This document shows, piece by piece, positions 58,516 to 64,000 of a stretch of 64,000 nucleotides of DNA (position 1 is the stretch's first letter; every line of letters begins with the position of its first letter). The notes beneath the pieces are model-generated. The model worked only from the letters and a program-made list of their open reading frames with translations, did no database searches and had not been told where the DNA came from. The stretch is from Flavobacteriia bacterium (GTDB lineage Bacteria > Bacteroidota > Bacteroidia > Flavobacteriales_D > Crocinitomicaceae), in contig CANLGD010000009.1 of assembly GCA_947490145.1 (NCBI GenBank), positions 337-64,336 on the forward strand, written 5' to 3'. The translations under genes and the position numbers were made by a program.

Positions 58516-59958
58516 TTAATTTAATTTACCTTTTGCTCTTCTTGATTCTAAAATTTTCAAGAAAGAACGCATTCTAATTTCCTCCATTGTTAGGCCTGTT
58601 GCTAAAACATCTTCAGCAGAAATTGCTCCACAGTTCATCGCTCTCAAGAAATAATTCAACAAACCTTGCCCCGTTGCAGCATCGTCAAAAACATCATCTG
58701 TAAGTGTTGCACGAGCAGCTTTTTCAACAAATGCTTTCAATCTTTTTGCTGCATCTTCGTAACTTTCTAAAAAGAACGAATAAACAGCAGCATATCTCAT
58801 CGGAAATTGCGCTGGATTCAAATCCCAACCTTGATATAATCCTTTCCACAGTGAATAACGGGTGTGATTAAAAGCTTTTTTCCAAGATCTATGAACAACT
58901 GTTCGGTTTTCAGCAATTTGTTCTGGAGTTAAATCATTTCCTCTGTGCGGTCCAATCGGCATTACATTTGTTGCGCCATCTGACAACCAAATTCCTGTTG
59001 CTCCCAATGAAACTTTCATGAAGTGGTGAGCGAAATCACAAACTGCGTGTCCCATATCTTGGTATTTCGCAGTAATGTTGCAATGTGCCGTATAATCATA
59101 CGTTCCAAATGCTGTAGCAATCATTCTTCCTTTAGAAGCTAAAACGAAATCTCTCAAAGGATTTTTTCCATCTTTGTCAATGACAGCTTGCGTTTGCTCA
59201 ACCATCATTTCCATTTTAAGCGAACCTTTTTTGAATTTTGTATTTGCTTCAATTGCTTCAAAAATTTTCACTAATGCAGAAACTTGTTCTGGAATAGTAA
59301 CTTTTGGTAACATTACCACAAAATTTTCAGGTAATTTACCTTTTGTTTCTTCGTTTAAAGTTGTCAAGAAAATATCCAATGTTCTTGTTCCTCGTTCTTT
59401 TAAATCTTCAGTAAACGGTTTGATTCTTATTCCAATAAATGGTGGAAGCGATTTGGCTTTCATCCCTTTAGCAACTTCTTTTGCAGCTTTCACTGCAGTT
59501 TCATCTTCTTCGTCCCAAGATCTATTTCCAAAACCATCTTCAAAATCAATTCTGAAATCTTCTAAAGCTTCCGTTTTTAATTTCTCAATTACCTTATTAT
59601 AAGTTGTATAAGCCAACCAACTGTAATTATTTTTACGTTCTTTCTCAGAGAAATTATCCATTTTTTGGATTAATTTTTCTATTTTTTCTCTTCTTGTAGG
59701 CAAATCTTCAAAACCAGGTAACTCAATTGCTTTTGCAAATTCTACGAAATTAGCCGCATTGTTTGTCAAAGTTTTCATTGCAGCACCAGCCATTTTTTCT
59801 GCTGTATCTGCTGTAAATAAATCAGCACCACCATAAACTGTGTGTACTGGTTGTCTGTCTGATCGATCTCCGGGATAAATAAGTTGAAAAGCCTTGTTCG
59901 CTTTCCCTAATTCATTTAAAATCGAATCTTTTGCTTCGTTTGTTAGTGATAAATTCAT
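58516..59958 (-). CDS. HpcH/CitE/malate-synthase-superfamily-like protein (aldolase/citrate-lyase family); candidate glyoxylate-processing enzyme
   Basis: 480 aa. The segment EDFRIDFEDGFG resembles the acidic metal/substrate motif of CitE/malate-synthase-type TIM barrels. It lies directly downstream of the urate/allantoin genes. The function is inferred from context. Confidence 0.45.
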   Translation of the reverse strand: MNLSLTNEAKDSILNELGKANKAFQLIYPGDRSDRQPVHTVYGGADLFTADTAEKMAGAAMKTLTNNAANFVEFAKAIELPGFEDLPTRREKIEKLIQKMDNFSEKERKNNYSWLAYTTYNKVIEKLKTEALEDFRIDFEDGFGNRSWDEEDETAVKAAKEVAKGMKAKSLPPFIGIRIKPFTEDLKERGTRTLDIFLTTLNEETKGKLPENFVVMLPKVTIPEQVSALVKIFEAIEANTKFKKGSLKMEMMVEQTQAVIDKDGKNPLRDFVLASKGRMIATAFGTYDYTAHCNITAKYQDMGHAVCDFAHHFMKVSLGATGIWLSDGATNVMPIGPHRGNDLTPEQIAENRTVVHRSWKKAFNHTRYSLWKGLYQGWDLNPAQFPMRYAAVYSFFLESYEDAAKRLKAFVEKAARATLTDDVFDDAATGQGLLNYFLRAMNCGAISAEDVLATGLTMEEIRMRSFLKILESRRAKGKLN

Positions 59959-59976
59959 ATTTTTTAGTTTTTAAAC

Positions 59977-60015
59977 GCAAAGTTTGCAAAGATTGGTGCA
60001 AAGTTTGCAAAGATT
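59977..60015 (-). promoter_or_regulatory. Two exact 18-bp direct repeats (GCAAAGTTTGCAAAGATT), 21-bp period, upstream of the aldolase-like gene
   Basis: Copies at 59977-59994 and 59998-60015. Each contains the 8-bp palindrome TTTGCAAA. The nearest copy ends 18 nt from ATG 59958. Confidence 0.5.
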
Positions 60016-60156
60016 TTTATTTTATATTAATTATTGAATTTTATTTTTTCGAGCAAAATCAAGGCGTATTTATAATTTAATTTTTGAGTTTACTTCAGTA
60101 AATGATAAAATAAAATTTTTATTACAACGATGAGTTCGTTTGATAAAAACTAAAAT

Positions 60157-60498
60157 TTAACTTCCTCGATAAGTGCTGTACCCAAATGGATTCAGTAACA
60201 AGGGAATGTGATAATGTTTATTTTCTGTAACTTTAAAAGCTATTGAAACTTCAGGATAAAGTCCTTCAACTTCTGTATTTTTGTAGTAAGTTTCTGTATC
60301 AAAAATCAAACGGTAGATTCCAAAATCTAGGAAAGTATTTTCTGCCACTAAACCTGGTAAGCGACCGTCTTCGTTTGTATTTCCTCTTCCAATTTCTTCC
60401 CACAATCCCTTTTCAACTTGCTTTTCTAAACAAATTAATATTCCCTTCGCTGGTTTTCCTGTGGAAGTATCTAAAATATGTGTTGTTATTTGACTCAT
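60157..60498 (-). CDS. uraH: 5-hydroxyisourate hydrolase
   Basis: 113 aa. ITTHILDTSTGKPAKG N-terminus and the diagnostic C-terminal YRGS. Confidence 0.95.
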   Translation of the reverse strand: MSQITTHILDTSTGKPAKGILICLEKQVEKGLWEEIGRGNTNEDGRLPGLVAENTFLDFGIYRLIFDTETYYKNTEVEGLYPEVSIAFKVTENKHYHIPLLLNPFGYSTYRGS

Positions 60499-60506
60499 GT
60501 TTTTTG

Positions 60507-60581
60507 GTTATGAGTGATGAATGTTGAGTGATGAATAATGAGCAATTCAACTCATAATTCATAACTCATAATTCATAACTA
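60507..60581. repeat. Heptamer-periodic imperfect inverted-repeat element filling the uraD-uraH gap
   Basis: TTATGAG TGATGAA TGTTGAG TGATGAA TAATGAG (60508-60542), apex CAATTCAA, then CTCATAA TTCATAA CTCATAA TTCATAA (60551-60578). It ends on the uraD TAG stop. Confidence 0.85.
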
Positions 60582-61088
60582 TTTTATCAGTTTTTCTAAT
60601 CTAATTTTTGTAATTTTATTTTGTTCGCCCATGGCAATTTCAAATTCAGTTTCAAATTCATTACCGATTCTTTCGTTTAATAAATCCAGCATTTCTTGGG
60701 CAGTTTTTCCTGTAGCACATACTATAAATATAAAACCAAATTTTGCTTCGTAATCAGAATTTCCTTTTGATAAAGCTTCTAATACTTCTCGATTTGCAGT
60801 ATTTACTCCAGCTTGCTCTCCCCCAGCCCATTCTTTTGTTGAAGCAAATTTTTTCTCTAATTCTGAAACATCGCCAATTTTAGGATGATGCGTAAAAGCT
60901 TCTAATCCATCTGCTTTCGTTGATTTTGACCAACAAAAATCCGACTTTTTAAAAATATCTTCTAAATCTTTATACGGTTTTTCTTTCACTAAATTATTCG
61001 CCCAAGTTGTTGAACCACAGCACTTGAATAATTCATTAAATAAAATCTTTGAATCTAAGTCATTTAAGCTTTCTACTGTCATTATCAA
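60579..61088 (-). CDS. uraD: 2-oxo-4-hydroxy-4-carboxy-5-ureidoimidazoline (OHCU) decarboxylase
   Basis: 169 aa. FTHHPKIGD and FIFIVCATGKTAQEML are typical OHCU decarboxylase motifs. Confidence 0.9.
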   Translation of the reverse strand: MIMTVESLNDLDSKILFNELFKCCGSTTWANNLVKEKPYKDLEDIFKKSDFCWSKSTKADGLEAFTHHPKIGDVSELEKKFASTKEWAGGEQAGVNTANREVLEALSKGNSDYEAKFGFIFIVCATGKTAQEMLDLLNERIGNEFETEFEIAMGEQNKITKIRLEKLIK

Positions 61089-62104
61089 GATTTAATGTGT
61101 CCAAATAATCTCAAACGACTTACTCCTCCGTCAGGGAAAATGTTTAATCGAATGTGTGTAAAAGATTCGCTACTTGCAATTTCTTTTTCGAAAAAATGCT
61201 CGAAATCTGCTTGTAATTTTTGTTTTGGTAAAATTTCTGTCCAAGTTAAATCTGCAGAAGAAAAATCAACAGTTTCATCTGAAATATTTATTCCTTCAAT
61301 TGAACAGGTATCTGGATAATTTCCTTTGAAATGGCACGTATCAACTAAAATTTCAAAAATCTGACCTTTGTGAGCTAATTTAACAATAACCCAATCTCTG
61401 TTATTTGGAGTTCTATTTCTTTTTGTCTCCCAACCATCGCCCATGTTTGCACCGCGATTTGGCATCAATAAATTATCCATATGACTGAAAAACATATCGT
61501 TACACAAAATAGATTTTGCACCATTTACAGCAGAAGCCAAATCAATTAATTCATTATCTTGAACTAAATCCCAATTTTTGTATACTTCTCCATATACTTT
61601 CAAACGAGCAACTCCACCATCAGGATAAATATTTAAACGCAAATGTGTCCAAATTTCATTGTTATTTACCTCAAAAAAGTTTTGACTTCCAGCATCTAAA
61701 TGCGATTTTGGAGTAATTTCAGTCCATTTTACCTCATCAGATTGTAGAAATTCATTTGAAGGATTTCCCGCCAGATTACACACTTCAACTGAAGCATGTG
61801 GTGGATGATTTCCTAAGAAAAAATTGGTGTCAATATCCAAACCTTTTATGATTCCAGAAGCTCCCAATTGGATAATACACCAATCGTAACCTGGAGTTCT
61901 TTTTCTGCGAGATTCCCAACCATCCATCCATTTTCCGCGGTCGGTATATTCATCAACGATAAAAACTCCTCTTCCAGGTTTCAATAAATTCTCTTTTTCA
62001 GCAAAAAAATCATCACTACAAACTAGTGCTTTTCCTCCCAATTTCTCAGAAGCTAAATCGATTAACGATGTGAATTTTGGTTTTTTCGTTCTTATAATTT
62101 CCAT
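61085..62104 (-). CDS. alc: Allantoicase
   Basis: 339 aa. Two allantoicase repeats: DGWESRRKR, DGGVARLKVYG and DGWETKRNR, DGGVSRLRLFG. Confidence 0.95.
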   Translation of the reverse strand: MEIIRTKKPKFTSLIDLASEKLGGKALVCSDDFFAEKENLLKPGRGVFIVDEYTDRGKWMDGWESRRKRTPGYDWCIIQLGASGIIKGLDIDTNFFLGNHPPHASVEVCNLAGNPSNEFLQSDEVKWTEITPKSHLDAGSQNFFEVNNNEIWTHLRLNIYPDGGVARLKVYGEVYKNWDLVQDNELIDLASAVNGAKSILCNDMFFSHMDNLLMPNRGANMGDGWETKRNRTPNNRDWVIVKLAHKGQIFEILVDTCHFKGNYPDTCSIEGINISDETVDFSSADLTWTEILPKQKLQADFEHFFEKEIASSESFTHIRLNIFPDGGVSRLRLFGHIKS

Positions 62105-62126
62105 ACTATCAATTAGTTATAAAATG

Positions 62127-63488
62127 TCATGATTTTCTCATTATTTTTTCTCCAATTGGTAAAGATACAAAATTTCCCTTTTCAAATACTTTTTTTCCAG
62201 CAATAAATGTTTCTTTTACGACTCCAAAAAGTTCTTCATGCAAGTAAGGTGTATTTTTATGCTTGAAATGAATGTCTTCCGTTTTTACAATGAAAGTTTC
62301 TTCTGGATTCCAAACAACTAAGTCAGCATCAAAACCTTCTTCTATTTTTCCTTTCGATTGATCTAGTTTAATGAATTTAGCTACATTTTTACTCATTAAG
62401 TTTGAGATTTGTTCTATAGAAAATCCTCTTTTCTTAGCTTCTGTCCAAATAATTGGCAAGGAAAATTGAATACTTGAAATTCCACCCCAAGCTTTTTTCA
62501 AATTTCCACTTTCAATTTCTTTCAAATTTGGCGTAGAAGGTGAATGATCTGTCACAATAAAATCAATGGTTCCATCTTTCAAAGCTTCCCACAACTTATC
62601 ATTATTTTCCCTCTCACGAATTGGTGGAGCGCATTTGAATAAAGTATTTCCATTAGGAATATTTTCAGAACAAAAATACAAATACTGCGGGCAGGTTTCA
62701 ACCGTTAATTTTAATCCCTTTGATTTTGCAGCCCGGATTTTATCAAGCGAATTTGATGATGATAAATGTACGATGTGAACTGGAGTATCAAATTCTTCAC
62801 ATAAAGAAATGGCCATTTCAACTGCATTATCTTCCCAAATATTTGGTCTCGATCTTAAATATTTTTGGTAATTTGTTGGATCTTTTTCCAATTCTAAAAT
62901 TCCATCGTGCAATTCGTCCAATTCAGCATGAACCAACAATGGTACTTGGTATTTCTGTAAAGTTGTTAAACCTTTTTTCAAATCTTCCAAAGTCACATTT
63001 GGAAAATCATCAATTCCAGAATGGGTCAAAAAAGCTTTTACTCCCAATACTCCTGATTGAATTAATTCATCTAAAAGTTCAGCGTTTTCAGGAACAATTC
63101 CGCCCCAAAAAGCACAATTACAAAATAATTTCCCTTCAGAAGCTTTTAATTTGATTTCAAAAGCATTTTTAGAAGTTGTAACTGGACTTGCGTTCAAAGG
63201 CATATCTACTAAAGTTGTAATTCCACCAGCGATTGAAGCCTTGGTAATAGTTTCAAAACCCTCCCATTCCTTTCTTCCAGGTTCATTGATATGTACGTGA
63301 GAATCAATCAAACCAGGCATTACAACTAAATCGTTTAAGTAGTTTATTTCAAAATCATTACTAAAAACTTTTCCTTCAATAAGTTTTGAAATGCGCCCAT
63401 TTTTTATTAGTATTGTACCATCAAAGAAGCCCTTATCAGTTAATATTTTTGAACTATGCAGTCCAAAATCAGGGTTAGAATTTGTCAT
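62127..63488 (-). CDS. allB: Allantoinase
   Basis: 453 aa. PGLIDSHVHINEPGRKEWEGFETITKASIAGGITTLVDMP, VHAE, TDHSP. Confidence 0.95.
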   Translation of the reverse strand: MTNSNPDFGLHSSKILTDKGFFDGTILIKNGRISKLIEGKVFSNDFEINYLNDLVVMPGLIDSHVHINEPGRKEWEGFETITKASIAGGITTLVDMPLNASPVTTSKNAFEIKLKASEGKLFCNCAFWGGIVPENAELLDELIQSGVLGVKAFLTHSGIDDFPNVTLEDLKKGLTTLQKYQVPLLVHAELDELHDGILELEKDPTNYQKYLRSRPNIWEDNAVEMAISLCEEFDTPVHIVHLSSSNSLDKIRAAKSKGLKLTVETCPQYLYFCSENIPNGNTLFKCAPPIRERENNDKLWEALKDGTIDFIVTDHSPSTPNLKEIESGNLKKAWGGISSIQFSLPIIWTEAKKRGFSIEQISNLMSKNVAKFIKLDQSKGKIEEGFDADLVVWNPEETFIVKTEDIHFKHKNTPYLHEELFGVVKETFIAGKKVFEKGNFVSLPIGEKIMRKS

Positions 63489-63506
63489 ATTTTAAAATAA
63501 TTTTAA

Positions 63507-63514
63507 CAAATGTA
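63507..63514 (-). promoter_or_regulatory. Candidate -7 promoter box TACATTTG for the allB operon
   Basis: The reverse complement of caaatgta matches TAnnTTTG, 18 nt upstream of ATG 63488. Confidence 0.35.
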
Positions 63515-63618
63515 TAAAATTAAGTTTACAAAATCAGCTCCTTATTTAAAAATCATATAGCTTCAATTAAATAGCTCGATTTAAAGTGAATTTTATCGAA
63601 AATAATAAAATTACATAC

Positions 63619-64000
63619 ATGAAAAACAGTTTTATTCTTATTAAATTATCCTTACTATTTTTATTCATCAGTTTCACAAAAGAATCTTTTGCTGCTGAAA
63701 AATTTAAAACAAACTTCAGTTTCTCCAATTGGCTTTTTGTCATAATTTTACTTTTCATCATTATTATAACTTATGGAATTTTAAAAAGTGTTATTGTTGC
63801 TCTCAAGCAAAAAAATGATGAAAGTTTTAGCGAAGCTCTAAAAACTAAATACGAGGATATTTACGAAGCGAAAAATGTTTTTGTTTACCTTGCATTGATT
63901 TTCTTATTCCTATATATTGTTTATTATTTCGTACAAGGAACAACGTGGGAATCACATGTTGTGGAATGGCTAAATCTAGTAGTACGTTGGGCGCACGTTG
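63619..64000 (+). CDS. Membrane protein, N-terminal fragment; candidate urate hydroxylase PuuD-like (runs off the window)
   Basis: ATG at 63619 stays open to 64000 (127 codons, hand-checked); it is absent from the track because there is no stop. It has a signal-like N-terminus and TM segments. The final segment VEWLNLVVRWAHV resembles the conserved start of the PuuD membrane domain as I remember it. It is divergent from allB. Confidence 0.45.
   Translation, partial: MKNSFILIKLSLLFLFISFTKESFAAEKFKTNFSFSNWLFVIILLFIIIITYGILKSVIVALKQKNDESFSEALKTKYEDIYEAKNVFVYLALIFLFLYIVYYFVQGTTWESHVVEWLNLVVRWAHV

Noticed and set aside
7098-63154. Numerous 60-144-aa antisense or alternate-frame ORFs inside long genes, e.g. 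7098-7331, 9325-9651, 12121-12426, 13788-14063, 23668-23967, 37205-37513, 59174-59602, 62720-63154
   Set aside because: Each is fully embedded in a longer ORF with clear family motifs. Their sequences are low-complexity (F/L/I/S/K-rich), as expected from AT-rich antisense strands, and none has a recognisable motif.

Overview
AT-rich window that looks like a Bacteroidota (Flavobacteriia-type) chromosome. Supporting signs are a T9SS-type C-terminal sorting domain, a UpxY/NusG-like antiterminator, TAnnTTTG-type promoter boxes and bamD-rpoZ-coaBC-DUF4835-recN synteny. No rRNA, tRNA, CRISPR array, transposase or integrase was found. Layout: (1) 1-6130 (-) is the 5' part of a giant secreted repeat adhesin. 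It is missing from the ORF track because it runs off the left edge; I translated it by hand and it stays open from the ATG at 6130 to position 1. (2) 6767-29564 (-) is a ~22.8-kb single-strand surface-polysaccharide locus. In transcription order it holds the upxY-like gene, a 460-bp leader with degenerate ~160-bp tandem repeats, gmd, fcl, wzm, wzt, acetyltransferases, glycosyltransferases, a perosamine-synthase-like aminotransferase, a deleted methyltransferase remnant, a PaaK-like ligase, a FemAB-like transferase, DUF354, a deacetylase and wza-wzc. (3) 29705-58474 is mostly housekeeping: OmpA-type paralogues, aroB, proline dehydrogenase, a small RelE-like toxin-antitoxin pair, priA, an MFS transporter, a THUMP methyltransferase, TerC, a second T9SS cargo protein, bamD, rpoZ, coaBC, recN, pirin and a nitroreductase. 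(4) 58516-64000 is a urate-to-glyoxylate purine catabolism cluster: allB, alc, uraD, uraH, an aldolase/malate-synthase-like gene, and a divergent edge-truncated PuuD-like gene that is also absent from the track. The most unusual non-genic signals are a family of heptamer-periodic long hairpin elements filling stop-to-start gaps (43317-43397 and 60507-60581, with a one-armed copy at 40225-40252), the tandem leader repeats upstream of gmd, and a 21-bp-period direct repeat upstream of the aldolase-like gene. All functional calls come from motif recognition by eye. No database search was run.
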